In this document: piece after piece, positions 42,619 through 52,560 of the stretch | How positions within the stretch are numbered: position 1 is the first letter of the stretch | Layout of the letters: each line of letters starts with the position of its first letter | Virus record (IMG/VR): IMGVR_UViG_3300028597_000007 | Direction: 5' to 3' (one strand) | Source of the DNA: a virus | DNA: 64,000 bases | Notes under the pieces: generated by a model | Seen by the model: the letters and a program-made list of their open reading frames with translations, nothing else | What the model was told of the DNA's origin: nothing | Database searches by the model: none | Program-made: the position numbers and the translations under genes

Positions 42619-45345
42619 TCAGATGGCAGTATCGTCGTTGCCAGAGTCATCCGGCTTCTCTTCCTCTTCCTCGGTACTGGTGTCACCACCGTCATCATCA
42701 CCGAAGTCGAAGTCACCACCATCACCGTCGGTGTCATCATCACCCATGTCGAAGTCACCGAAGTCATCATCACCACTGTCGAAGTCGCTATCGCCACCGC
42801 CGCCAGTGCTGCTGCCTTCCACTGCTTCAGTGCCTTCCACTCGTTCGGTATCCAGACGCTCCTTAAGGGTTGCGAACTGGTTCTCGGTGATGAGCGCCTT
42901 GGAGTACAGTTGCAGGCCAACGCCCTGGATCATCTTGACCAGACGACCAACGTCCTCGATACCACCTTCGAGCAACTTGGTGCCTGGATCTTCCGGGGTG
43001 TCGTTCTTCAGCAGGTCAGTGACCTCGGGCATGATGTTGTTGTTACGGCAGTAAGCCAGCACGAGCTGAGACTTGACCGACGCTTTAACCACACCCACCC
43101 ATTCGTTGGCGCTTTCACCAGTAACTGCACCTTGCATCAGGTCATCTGGGATGACGTGATCCAGTACCTTCTCAACTGCAGAGATGTACTCATCCAGATC
43201 AGACATGCGGTTAGCCAGGCCCGTGTCAGGACGCGGCAGGGAGACCTTGTAGATCTGGAAGAAGGTCTTGATGAAGAACTCCTCACCCAACTTGGCCAGC
43301 TTCTCTTTCGGAATATCCTTGGAGTGCTCGGCCACCGCCTTACGCAGCTTGTCCATGATCCCCTTGTGGTTGATCGCAATCTTGATCAGGGTTTCACGGA
43401 TAAGGTCGTTGGTGCGGTCTTGCAGGATGATGGCGCGCTTGAGCGACAGTTCGTTCGAGGTAGCCATCTTGGAGGAGAACTCGATCTGAGTCGACAGGTC
43501 CACGATCTCTGGCGCGAGACCAAAGCCCATGGTTTGCCGCTTACGCAGGTCTTCATCCAGCTCCAGGTTGACTTCACGGTACTCGATAGGACGAGACTCG
43601 ATGGCCACCTTGGTGCCTGGGAACGTGTCACCACCTTCCACGTTGATTGCCAAGCCAGACTGCTGCGCCACCTCAACCATACGGCGAGGGTTGGAAGTAG
43701 CCCAAGGTACAGAGCAGGCACGCTGGCGCGCATACTCGTGCAGGATCATTTCCTTGGTACGCAGTTTGTTTGGATCGTCTTCGTCGATAGTGATGTTCAG
43801 GGTACGGTGATCGATCGAGTTGCGGATGTGCGTCTCGATGTTCATGAACATGGTCAGTGCGCGGATAGATGACAGGATCTTGTTGTCTTCCATCAGCGAA
43901 CGGCCAGTACCGTTGTCGTTCCAGTTGTACGCCCAGTACACCACCATGTCGGCAGGTACATAGACGATACGAGTCTGCTTGTTGGCCAGAGCACGCTCGA
44001 ACATCAGGTCGAAGGCCAACTCCATGCGGCTGACGGTAACGTTACCAACCGAGCCATTGGAGAAGCGGCTTTCAATGTCGCGCAGAGCCAACTCACGGAA
44101 CGCTTGCATCGCCTGGATGGTCATGGTCTGTTGGGTGAACCCATCATCCATATCCAACTGGCTAGCCATCTGGCCAAGCATGCCAGACATTGCGTTACGG
44201 TTGTTGAACACGCCCGCCGAGATATTGCGGAAGTAGTCGCTGCGGGCAGAGCGCGAGATCATCGCACCGAACTCGTCCAACACGAACAGGAAGCCAATGG
44301 GGCGCTTGGGGTTGCTTGGGCGCACGACAGGCATACACGATTCAGTCGGACCTACCTTGATCAGGGGCGGGCCTTCGGTGGGGCGCGAGGCGTCTTCCTG
44401 ACGCATGATGGTCACGAAGTCTTCTGGGTTGATGTCTGGACTGTGGTAGATCGAATCCAGACTACCGAAGTAGCCGCCACCCACCGACTCCAGCGCCACG
44501 CCGTTCTGCGCGGACTTGATAGATTCGGTGATCTCACCGAGCTTCATCATCTGCGGGTTGTCATAGATGGCAGGCGCTGCGAAGTTTTTGAACTTGGTGA
44601 AGTCCCACTTGGCGATGTGCGGCGATGCAAACGACTCACCCACCAAGTGCATGTTCTTCAGGGCGGCATTGGCTGATGGACTGCTGGCCAGGCTACTCAG
44701 CATGTTCTCCAGCGACATGGTGCCATAGTTCTTCCGCTCACCATCTGCCATGTATCCCAACGGCTTGGAGATATCATCATAGATGCCTTTCTCCCGGAAC
44801 GACTCCAACGAGATCTTGGTCTTGCCATTGCGACCGTTGATCAGATCGTCCAGGGAGTTTTCAGGGATGATGATGGTGACATCGGCGCCTTCCATGAACA
44901 GGGCTTTGCGCAGCTTTTCCGGCAGCAAGGCTTTAATCTTATAGTCATGCTCGGCATAGTCTGCGAGGATTTTCACCATGGCCTGCGCCATTTCTGGTGG
45001 CAGGATGTTCGGTGTGACCTCGTGCTTGAGTTCGGTCTGCGTGATGTCCTTAGGGGACAGGATCAGGGATTGCAACACCTGAATGCAGATCTCAATCTCA
45101 GGCAGCATAGCCGCCTGGTTTTGATAGTCGTCGATGTTGGTAGCCATGACATCGGCGGCTTCTTGCAGGTAGCCGAAGTTACCCAAGTAAGGACTGTCGT
45201 GGCGCTCTGGTGCAGTGCCGCTCTGGTCACGAATCATTTTCGACAGAACGGTGTCATTGCCTACTCCCGGTCGGCTGTGTTGCAGCTTCGCATTGGGAGC
45301 CGAGGAACGGATTACCGTTGCCGCGGATACACGAGGGTTGTTCAT
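42619..45345 (-). CDS. portal protein (phiKZ gp129-like)
   Basis: AAGGA SD before ATG 45345; segments alignable by eye to T4 gp20-type portals (RNSIDHRTLNITIDEDDP, GTKVAIE, DLRKRQTMGFGLAPE); D/G-rich C-terminal tail. Confidence 0.65.
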   Translation of the reverse strand: MNNPRVSAATVIRSSAPNAKLQHSRPGVGNDTVLSKMIRDQSGTAPERHDSPYLGNFGYLQEAADVMATNIDDYQNQAAMLPEIEICIQVLQSLILSPKDITQTELKHEVTPNILPPEMAQAMVKILADYAEHDYKIKALLPEKLRKALFMEGADVTIIIPENSLDDLINGRNGKTKISLESFREKGIYDDISKPLGYMADGERKNYGTMSLENMLSSLASSPSANAALKNMHLVGESFASPHIAKWDFTKFKNFAAPAIYDNPQMMKLGEITESIKSAQNGVALESVGGGYFGSLDSIYHSPDINPEDFVTIMRQEDASRPTEGPPLIKVGPTESCMPVVRPSNPKRPIGFLFVLDEFGAMISRSARSDYFRNISAGVFNNRNAMSGMLGQMASQLDMDDGFTQQTMTIQAMQAFRELALRDIESRFSNGSVGNVTVSRMELAFDLMFERALANKQTRIVYVPADMVVYWAYNWNDNGTGRSLMEDNKILSSIRALTMFMNIETHIRNSIDHRTLNITIDEDDPNKLRTKEMILHEYARQRACSVPWATSNPRRMVEVAQQSGLAINVEGGDTFPGTKVAIESRPIEYREVNLELDEDLRKRQTMGFGLAPEIVDLSTQIEFSSKMATSNELSLKRAIILQDRTNDLIRETLIKIAINHKGIMDKLRKAVAEHSKDIPKEKLAKLGEEFFIKTFFQIYKVSLPRPDTGLANRMSDLDEYISAVEKVLDHVIPDDLMQGAVTGESANEWVGVVKASVKSQLVLAYCRNNNIMPEVTDLLKNDTPEDPGTKLLEGGIEDVGRLVKMIQGVGLQLYSKALITENQFATLKERLDTERVEGTEAVEGSSTGGGGDSDFDSGDDDFGDFDMGDDDTDGDGGDFDFGDDDGGDTSTEEEEEKPDDSGNDDTAI

Positions 45346-45391
45346 CGGAAGTCCTTCTATTACAGGTGTCACAAATTTTGGGGTGCTGGCG

Positions 45392-47605
45392 ATGGCCAAC
45401 GACTTTTATCAAATCTTTCGCGAGGACTGTAAGCGACTGGCCAGAACCATGGTCATTCGACATGAAGTCAGCGCTGAGGCGACAAACCGCTACCTTGCCC
45501 TATACGGCATCGAAGTCCTCGACGATAAGAGGACGTGGCGCTACTACATGAATATCGCCGGACTATATCATTCTACCAATGAAATGATGCAGGTCAAAAG
45601 CCTGGACACCGGCGAGCTTATCGACTTCACTCGTGAGAACTTGAAGATCCACCGTGCCACTGCGCGGGGCTACGCTTACGGGTCTCGTTACTACAAAGCC
45701 CTGGCCTCCCAGTGGAAGCGTCAGGAGCGCTTGATCAAAGGTATCCTGAACCCTGTTGACATTGATTTGGCTATCAATGCGCGGGAGAATGAGATCATCT
45801 GGATGCCGCCAGAGTTGGTGGATGAGAACGAAGACAACCTCAAAGAGTTGATTCAGGCCCAGATCGATGCGGGCATGGATCGCTGGCATGTTGAGATGTA
45901 CTCGTTGACCGAGGACCTCTACGACTGCAGTCGCTACGCCATCCTTTATGCCCATCTGCCGGCCTTCATCGAGTTTGCGCGCTGGAAGAACAGCCGTACC
46001 TTCAGGGCTCACAGTTTCCATATTCGCGAGTTCCTGGCCGCCAATGGCAAACTCGACGTCTACATGGACGCGATGACCAAAGAGCAGCAACTGTTCTTCT
46101 ACCGCAACTTGCCTTATCTGCACCGCTACCCAGGCCATAGCGATACGTTCGAGTGGCTCAAGACAGAAGTGTTGGAGAAACGTCTGTTCCCACTGGCTGA
46201 TTACACGCTCAGTCAGAACACGGAGAAGATGCCAACTGACCTTGAGCCTACGATTGAGCTGATCCGTCAGGAAACCACCGCCGACTATGCAGGCGTCCTG
46301 CCCACCAAGCATGACGTGCGATCCATTCTGCGCAAGCAGGAGAAGCTCGCTCTGCGTAACGCCGAGACCATTGACGATAACGAGATTGAGACCACGCAGC
46401 TCATGCAATTGTCTCAGGTCAGCACTATGCAGACCAAGGTCTTGGAATCCGACGTGCTCGACATGTCCGACTCTCAGGTGTTCAAGCTCAAAGAGTTCCT
46501 GATCTACCATTGGGCGTACCTTGCCCATGAGGATCGTTACCGGGCACTCGTCACAATTGAGAACCCGCGTACCGGTGAACCGATCACGCTCTCTGCTTTG
46601 GATGCGTTCATCTTCTTCCTGTACGTCTACAACCTGTCTCAAAAGCAGGTGTTGACGGTTGTGCCGAACATGCATGTCAACTGCGTGTTGAAGAATCCGA
46701 AGCCGTTGCCGCCTGAGATGTTCAATGCAGTGTGCCTTGGTCCGTACGCCACTATGGCGCACGCTGAGGCTGTTTGGGACCTGATGCCTGAGTTGGGTTC
46801 GTACATCTCCACTGAATCGTTCTATGACGCTGTCAATGCGGTCTATAACGCAGCAGTGGATCAGCACAACATGGCCGCCTTCCATGGGCACTTCCAGGTG
46901 CGTGCTGAAGTAGAGGCCCTAGGTCTTTACATGTTCATGGACTACGGCATCAGCCTGGGTAACGAAGAGCCCTATGAGGATTGGCTGCGGCCTCGTGGTC
47001 TGCTTCCGATCAAGGACTACAACACCAACGAACTGGATCTGTTGTGGAACAGCCTGCTGCAAACAGCGACCGGGATGGATTTGAACACCTCCTTGTCCCT
47101 GAACGATATCCATCGCGCAATGATCGGTATCATGCAGCGCCTGTCGTCATATTCGGTTCACTACATCCGTTCCATGAACTCGTCGCCATTGTTGGCTCTG
47201 GACAATAAGTTCATCCGCATTGGCGATGCGCTCGGGGTTGGTCAGGGTGCTCACGAGTATGACATTCTCAAACTCAAAGAGATCCACGGCTACGGTCAGG
47301 TAAAGGGCGACACTGAGATCGACGTCTTGAATGACGTGCAGATCCGTGACGAGAAAACTGAGCTTACAGGTACGTCTCAAATGATCTTCGGTTTGTACTT
47401 CGAAGAACAGACAGAGAAGCATGGGTACTCCAATGTACCTTTGCCGTATCTGCGAGCCATTGAGCCCGTCCTGCGCCCAGTGACCAACTTGGATGGGATG
47501 CAGTTCACCAGTGACATCATCGTAGGTCCTCTGGACCCAAGCGACGAGCATATTGGTGAGGTGCTGGTTGTCCGCACTCTGAGCGGATTGAACTACCCAA
47601 CCTGA
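45392..47605 (+). CDS. virion structural protein (phiKZ gp128-like)
   Basis: ATG 45392, divergent from the portal; 737 aa; coding bias; synteny. Confidence 0.65.
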   Translation: MANDFYQIFREDCKRLARTMVIRHEVSAEATNRYLALYGIEVLDDKRTWRYYMNIAGLYHSTNEMMQVKSLDTGELIDFTRENLKIHRATARGYAYGSRYYKALASQWKRQERLIKGILNPVDIDLAINARENEIIWMPPELVDENEDNLKELIQAQIDAGMDRWHVEMYSLTEDLYDCSRYAILYAHLPAFIEFARWKNSRTFRAHSFHIREFLAANGKLDVYMDAMTKEQQLFFYRNLPYLHRYPGHSDTFEWLKTEVLEKRLFPLADYTLSQNTEKMPTDLEPTIELIRQETTADYAGVLPTKHDVRSILRKQEKLALRNAETIDDNEIETTQLMQLSQVSTMQTKVLESDVLDMSDSQVFKLKEFLIYHWAYLAHEDRYRALVTIENPRTGEPITLSALDAFIFFLYVYNLSQKQVLTVVPNMHVNCVLKNPKPLPPEMFNAVCLGPYATMAHAEAVWDLMPELGSYISTESFYDAVNAVYNAAVDQHNMAAFHGHFQVRAEVEALGLYMFMDYGISLGNEEPYEDWLRPRGLLPIKDYNTNELDLLWNSLLQTATGMDLNTSLSLNDIHRAMIGIMQRLSSYSVHYIRSMNSSPLLALDNKFIRIGDALGVGQGAHEYDILKLKEIHGYGQVKGDTEIDVLNDVQIRDEKTELTGTSQMIFGLYFEEQTEKHGYSNVPLPYLRAIEPVLRPVTNLDGMQFTSDIIVGPLDPSDEHIGEVLVVRTLSGLNYPT

Positions 47606-47631
47606 TACGTGCCAAACGAGTAACCTCTCCA

Positions 47632-47661
47632 TGAGCGGGCCTAGTGCCCGCTTATTTTTTT
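47632..47661 (+). terminator. canonical rho-independent terminator
   Basis: TGAGCGGGC-CTAGT-GCCCGCTTA followed by TTTTTTT. Confidence 0.7.
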
Positions 47662-47679
47662 GTCAAACGGACGATTATC

Positions 47680-48897
47680 ATGAGCGAGTTCTATGCTGCT
47701 CGGGCTACTCGACTGCCCCCGAAAGAGTTCGTACTGTTCCTGTTCAACTATGCATCTGATCTGAACATCAACGGCTACGAAGCCGATGTGTCTGATCCAT
47801 TGGGCAAAGACGCCCAAGGCCGGACCATGGTGTACATCAAAGGCAATGGTCAAGATGGTCCTAACGGGGATGGCGGCTTTATCGGTAAGGCTGAGTTTGC
47901 CTATTACCGCACTAACTTGGCCAACATCAAGTTGCCAGTTGATGGTAGCTTCTGGGACGTGATCGGATCACAGCCTTCTTTCTACGAGATCGTAGACGAG
48001 GTGATTCGCCGTACCCAGTTCGGTTGCTCGGTGGCTGACTTCATCCCAACTGAGATGCGTACGGATAACCTGACAGGCTATGTCCTTAAGGCAGATCCCA
48101 AGTCCCTACGCTTTGAAGGCCAGGTGAACCTGGGTGTTCCACGTCGCGCCAATATCGACCAGTTCATTCCAGCCGGTCTCACTGGCTCCTTCACCCAATA
48201 CAACGGCATGTTCGATTTGAACCTGTCACGTATTCCGATCAACTACGATATCACCGAATACCCAGACGTGATAAAGCAGTTGGTCAAAGGGTACAAAATC
48301 AAGACTACCGACGTTGTCTTGTTCAACCTGATGTTGGTACAAGCTGCCTATAGCGGCTTGCCCCTTACCAACAATACCACGCCCAAGGACTTGCTCAACG
48401 TCTATCAGGCAGAGGTCATTTACCATGGCCCACTACGTGCCGATGCCGACGACAAGCACCTGTTCGAAAGTCGTGACCGGGTTGTCGAGTTGCGGCCTTC
48501 TGCAACCTACGCCCCTCGGGCTCAGGGCACACTCAAGTTGTATTACGCCAGCGAAACACCGCCGACACCAGTACAGGCAAGTCTGCCAATCTATACGCTC
48601 AACATGCTCTCGACCACAGCCTCTGGCACTGCTCAGGCAGACTTCTGGTCTAAGTGCGTGGTAGGTAAGTTGCTGGACCAACAGGGCACCGCCGGCGTGA
48701 TTGCTACGGCCTTCCAGGCAGCGTTTGGAATAACATATGACGCTATCCTCAAGCAGGGCTTGAAGGTTACCTACAACGGCCCCGCAAGGCCTTCTGACCA
48801 GGTGCCTGCAGGTAAGACCACCTGCAACGTTTGTGAGCTGTCCGTAGTGGATGCTCCTAACGACTTCATCTACGGCCCAGGCAAGGTGTACTACTGA
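47680..48897 (+). CDS. virion structural protein (gp130 position)
   Basis: Internally repetitive beta-rich pattern (VTYNGP / VIYHGP..., VVELRPS / VCELSV); structural cluster. Confidence 0.6.
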   Translation: MSEFYAARATRLPPKEFVLFLFNYASDLNINGYEADVSDPLGKDAQGRTMVYIKGNGQDGPNGDGGFIGKAEFAYYRTNLANIKLPVDGSFWDVIGSQPSFYEIVDEVIRRTQFGCSVADFIPTEMRTDNLTGYVLKADPKSLRFEGQVNLGVPRRANIDQFIPAGLTGSFTQYNGMFDLNLSRIPINYDITEYPDVIKQLVKGYKIKTTDVVLFNLMLVQAAYSGLPLTNNTTPKDLLNVYQAEVIYHGPLRADADDKHLFESRDRVVELRPSATYAPRAQGTLKLYYASETPPTPVQASLPIYTLNMLSTTASGTAQADFWSKCVVGKLLDQQGTAGVIATAFQAAFGITYDAILKQGLKVTYNGPARPSDQVPAGKTTCNVCELSVVDAPNDFIYGPGKVYY

Positions 48898-49463
48898 TGA
48901 GCACAATCATTGATTTGCTCGCTGTCTCCCAAGAAGAGGCAGTGATGCGCGACATCGCCCAGCGCATGGCCATTAGCTACGACGTGATTCACCCACGGTT
49001 CTTCTCCTTCTCTTATACCCACGTAGACGATTCGCGTGTGACGGTTCAAATCCGTTCGCGTGCTCAGACCGTGGATGGGGAGAAGTCTCCATGGATCAAC
49101 GATCGGGCTATCCAGTTCAACCGCGCCACGTTGCGCGGCCTGGCCAGTCAGCGAGTGATGAATGTTAACTGGGTATCTGGCATGGCAGTTGAGCACATCC
49201 TGCGTGCGCTCAAGCTGACCCACAACTTCAACGTCTCTGCTTCTGAGATCGAGTGGCAGCAGACTGACGGGACGTGGGTGACTTTCGCTGAGTCCTATCG
49301 CCCAGTGGCCAAGACATGGGCTTGCCGCTTCTCCAAAGCACAGGCCCGCTTCGTACCAAGCACCAGCCAGTTCAGCATCGCATTGGCAGCTACCACTCGA
49401 CTGGACTTGGGTGAATACCTGCGTCTGATTGCAGCGGGTACCATTACAGGAGCACTGTCGTGA
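48897..49463 (+). CDS. hypothetical virion-region protein (188 aa)
   Basis: TGATG overlap with the upstream stop. Confidence 0.65.
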   Translation: MSTIIDLLAVSQEEAVMRDIAQRMAISYDVIHPRFFSFSYTHVDDSRVTVQIRSRAQTVDGEKSPWINDRAIQFNRATLRGLASQRVMNVNWVSGMAVEHILRALKLTHNFNVSASEIEWQQTDGTWVTFAESYRPVAKTWACRFSKAQARFVPSTSQFSIALAATTRLDLGEYLRLIAAGTITGALS

Positions 49464-49957
49464 CAACTATCACGCGTGACGAACTGCGTGGCATCTCTGT
49501 AGGTGGTTTGATCTGCCTGCATGTGAACCGCAAGAATGACCTGAACATTAAGCCCAGCCAAATCAAGCCGATCCAATCGACCTTGACGCCGGAAGGTAAT
49601 GTGCGGGTCAAGCTTGAACCCACCCCAGAGACAGGTTGGCAGAATGGTCCCATCGAGGTCCTCATTCCGCCTGTCAAAGTGGATGAGATCTACGAAGAGA
49701 CTGAGCTGGTGTTCCAAGACATCGGTAGCATGACTCGTGAAGAGGTGTTTGTTCACCTTAGCCTGCCGCCACCGCCACCTGAACTGGTTGAGGTGGAAGA
49801 GTACCTGATGCTCGATCCTGGCCCTGAGCTTAAGATCAAGTATCGCCTGCATTACAAGAATGTCTTCTTCAAGGGTTCGGTGGTTGTGCGGGTTACTGGC
49901 GCACCTAACAACCTGGACTCCTTGCAAACCCTCAACAACCTCCTCATCGGCGAATAG
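49460..49957 (+). CDS. hypothetical virion-region protein (165 aa)
   Basis: AGGAG SD; GTGA overlap with the upstream stop. Confidence 0.65.
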   Translation: MTTITRDELRGISVGGLICLHVNRKNDLNIKPSQIKPIQSTLTPEGNVRVKLEPTPETGWQNGPIEVLIPPVKVDEIYEETELVFQDIGSMTREEVFVHLSLPPPPPELVEVEEYLMLDPGPELKIKYRLHYKNVFFKGSVVVRVTGAPNNLDSLQTLNNLLIGE

Positions 49958-49965
49958 GGCTGAAC

Positions 49966-50826
49966 ATGAAAAACACAATCTCGACCATTTACGGCGCCTT
50001 TGTTCAGGCCTGCCAGTTCTTCAAGCAGCCGTTCGAGTTGGTGCCATTCACCACGCAGAACGAAAAGTACGGCATCATGCCCAAGGTCGCTCCGGCGGCT
50101 ACCGAAATGCCCTCCGTGCAATATGCGGCGATCGGTAACTGGGGTCACCGCAACCTGACCACCGCTGAAGGTCGTCCTTACACCGGTAGCAACCAGCACC
50201 TGCCATCCGACGCTGGTCTCTATGGTCAGATCCCGTGGGTGGTGCGTAAGCTCGACAACGACCTGTCCACCAACGACCGTAAGCGCTACCGCATGCGTAA
50301 GGTCCAGTCGATTGGCGGCGTCAAGTACGCGATCTACTACCTGCGCGTGTTGGACACTTCGTTGGCCAAGCCTGCCATGACCATCAACACCAAGGTCAAC
50401 GGTGTGGTGAGTTCCCGCCCGTTCGTGCCAGACTCCTCCAACCTGTCGCCTACTCCGCCTGTGCTACAGGACGGTGAAGTGTTGACGGCCTCCGGTGAAT
50501 ACCTGGCCATCAAGTCGGTCGTGGACATCATCATCACTGCCACCGAGATCGAAGACATCATCGAAGCCTGCCGCATCCTCTACGACAACGAGGGTCTGGC
50601 CGTGATCTCCGAGATCGCTCTGGTCACCGGCGTGGATCGTCAGAACTCTGGCGAAGGCATGGGCAACAACACCATCCAGTACACCGAGGCTATCGCCGCT
50701 CAGATCGCTGCGATCCTCAACACGTACTACTCCCTGCCAGCGGCCAACAGCCAGATCCGCGAGACCATGACCTTGGGTACCAGCGACCCAATGCTGCTCA
50801 ACACCGGTCTGACCAAGCAGGCATAA
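49966..50826 (+). CDS. baseplate/virion structural protein (phiKZ gp139-like)
   Basis: 286 aa; YAAIGNWGH, LYGQIPWVVR, AVISEIALVTG motifs; strong codon bias; synteny. Confidence 0.6.
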   Translation: MKNTISTIYGAFVQACQFFKQPFELVPFTTQNEKYGIMPKVAPAATEMPSVQYAAIGNWGHRNLTTAEGRPYTGSNQHLPSDAGLYGQIPWVVRKLDNDLSTNDRKRYRMRKVQSIGGVKYAIYYLRVLDTSLAKPAMTINTKVNGVVSSRPFVPDSSNLSPTPPVLQDGEVLTASGEYLAIKSVVDIIITATEIEDIIEACRILYDNEGLAVISEIALVTGVDRQNSGEGMGNNTIQYTEAIAAQIAAILNTYYSLPAANSQIRETMTLGTSDPMLLNTGLTKQA

Positions 50827-50829
50827 CTC

Positions 50830-51417
50830 ATGGATACCAGACACGATCGTGACTGTGTTCGTGTCATGGGCATAGACCCAGGGTCCCGGACCCTGGGCAT
50901 TGCTATCACCACATGTTTTCCGTACGAGCAGTGCTGGACGCTTGACGAGGCATGGACACTGAACACCGAGTACCACTTGCAGCAGAAACGTTTCCGTGCA
51001 GCGCGCGTGGGTGACCACCAGGTACGCATGGAAGCCATTGAAGAAGAGGTGTTTGAAGCGCTCTGCAACTTCTACCCGGATGTGGTGATCATGGAGACCC
51101 CCTACCTTGGACGTCTCCCGCAATCGTTTTTCGTGCTTACGCAGGTAATGGTGGCGATCGAGCGAGCTGTTCAGCGCTACTCTGCTGCCATGCACCTGGA
51201 GAAGGTTGAGCCTTCTGTTGTAAAGAAAGCGATAGGGGTTCCTGGGAACTCGCCTGACAAGACTTTGGTGTCTAAGGCTGTAATGGCCTTGAAGAACCTG
51301 GAGAACCTGTCAGAGAAGCCTCTCAGCGCCCTGGACGAACACAGTATCGATGCCACGGCTGTGTGCCATTACTACTGCACCACCGAACTCGGGTTGGAGT
51401 GGAAGAAGCCATGCTAA
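50830..51417 (+). CDS. ruvC: RuvC-like Holliday junction resolvase
   Basis: VMGIDPGSRTLGIA, VVIMETP, PSVVKKAIG...DK and DEHSIDATAV supply the RNase H-fold RuvC catalytic D/E/D/D set. Confidence 0.85.
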   Translation: MDTRHDRDCVRVMGIDPGSRTLGIAITTCFPYEQCWTLDEAWTLNTEYHLQQKRFRAARVGDHQVRMEAIEEEVFEALCNFYPDVVIMETPYLGRLPQSFFVLTQVMVAIERAVQRYSAAMHLEKVEPSVVKKAIGVPGNSPDKTLVSKAVMALKNLENLSEKPLSALDEHSIDATAVCHYYCTTELGLEWKKPC

Positions 51418-51962
51418 ACACCATCAAGGGCTACCTTGGCGTGTTGACCATAGGTGCGCTATTTACTCTGCTTTCGATGAGCCTGTACGGCACGTACAAG
51501 GTTCATAAGACGTTGCAGGAAGTAGCCGCGCTTAAGGTTGATATGGCCGTAGAAAACGTAGCTACCAAAATCGTTGTCAAACAAGATGAGGCGCTGGCCA
51601 AGATTAATAGGGCTAGTTTTGACTCAACCGCTAAACTACAGGACATTCTCAAAGATGCGCAGAAAGAGAATACTGAGCGTGGCCAGCAGTCCTCGCCGCC
51701 CATCGCTCCGCCATTACCTCTGCCGGTTAAAGACCAGGCTCCCGCGCCTAAGCAGACTCCACGCCCTGTGGAAAAGCCGAAAGCTGCGCAAGCTGTCGCT
51801 GTTGCTCATTCTGCTACCACCACTCGGGTCATTGATGAGTTGTGGGACAACTACTGTCGACAATTCCCAGCAGAGCGTAGTTGTGATCGACAAACGGATT
51901 CAACGGGGACAGTGCAGGCCAGTGCCCCCACCGGACAAGGAGGAGTCCGCCAAACGAACTGA
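51411..51962 (+). CDS. inner-membrane spanin (Rz-like)
   Basis: GGAG SD; N-terminal TM helix, coiled coil, Pro-rich linker and two C-terminal cysteines; overlaps a lipoprotein ORF. Confidence 0.65.
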   Translation: MLNTIKGYLGVLTIGALFTLLSMSLYGTYKVHKTLQEVAALKVDMAVENVATKIVVKQDEALAKINRASFDSTAKLQDILKDAQKENTERGQQSSPPIAPPLPLPVKDQAPAPKQTPRPVEKPKAAQAVAVAHSATTTRVIDELWDNYCRQFPAERSCDRQTDSTGTVQASAPTGQGGVRQTN

Positions 51963-52092
51963 CCAGGAAATGGTTCCAATCCTGGGACAGGTCATCATCC
52001 TGCAAAACGGCGTAATCGCCAAATGCATCGAGCAGATCGATTCTGGGAACGACTACCTCGATCAAGTCAATGAGGAGTTGAAGAAGCGATGA
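51655..52092 (+). CDS. outer-membrane spanin lipoprotein (Rz1-like), start uncertain
   Basis: +1 frame inside the i-spanin: WKSRKLRKLSLLLILLPPLGSLMS|C lipobox (Cys 51841-51843), Pro-rich mature part, two further Cys. Confidence 0.65.
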   Translation: MRRKRILSVASSPRRPSLRHYLCRLKTRLPRLSRLHALWKSRKLRKLSLLLILLPPLGSLMSCGTTTVDNSQQSVVVIDKRIQRGQCRPVPPPDKEESAKRTDQEMVPILGQVIILQNGVIAKCIEQIDSGNDYLDQVNEELKKR

Positions 52093-52520
52093 ACCTTTTT
52101 ACCGCGGTGACGCAGTACGAAAATTCCCCCATCGGGAATCAGTCGTGGTATCCGATGGTCCCCCTCATCCTGCTCAGCTTCCCTGCGGGTACACAGTTCG
52201 ACCCAGTCATGACGTGTAAGGAGTTCCTCCAGCATGTCATGAGCCTGGATCAGGAGAAGCGTGCCCGTATCCTGAACATGGAAATCCCGGTTGTGGCCGA
52301 ACAGGTAGAAGATGCCAAGCGTTCTGGTCACAAGAGCATGCTGCTGGCCATCGTCGGCATGGCGTTGATTGCCAGCGTGCTGATCCTGGGTGGATACTTC
52401 GCGGCCACTGCTCATGTGGGCGGTACCGCAGACTCCACCACCATTGGTAGCTTCTTCGACTTTGTCAAAGAGATTGCCAAGATGGCCTTCGAGATGCTCG
52501 CAGGTCAGCCAGGGGCATAA
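52089..52520 (+). CDS. membrane protein, holin candidate
   Basis: GAGGAG SD; ATGA overlap with the o-spanin stop; TM helix MLLAIVGMALIASVLILGGYFAA plus an amphipathic C-terminal helix. Confidence 0.45.
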   Translation: MNLFTAVTQYENSPIGNQSWYPMVPLILLSFPAGTQFDPVMTCKEFLQHVMSLDQEKRARILNMEIPVVAEQVEDAKRSGHKSMLLAIVGMALIASVLILGGYFAATAHVGGTADSTTIGSFFDFVKEIAKMAFEMLAGQPGA

Positions 52521-52560
52521 AGGACAAGCTCCCTCCCCGCAAGGGGAGGGAGTATGCCGT
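52514..52560. terminator. bidirectional hairpin with GGCATA/TATGCCG flanks (element 9)
   Basis: CTCCCTCCCC-GCAA-GGGGAGGGAG (52529-52552) between convergent genes; same core as elements 1 and 2. Confidence 0.85.

Noticed and set aside
45215-45399. Apparent 185-nt head-to-head overlap of the portal and gp128-like ORFs
   Set aside because: An artefact of longest-ORF calling. SD-supported or first plausible ATG starts are 45345 (minus) and 45392 (plus), leaving a 46-bp gap.
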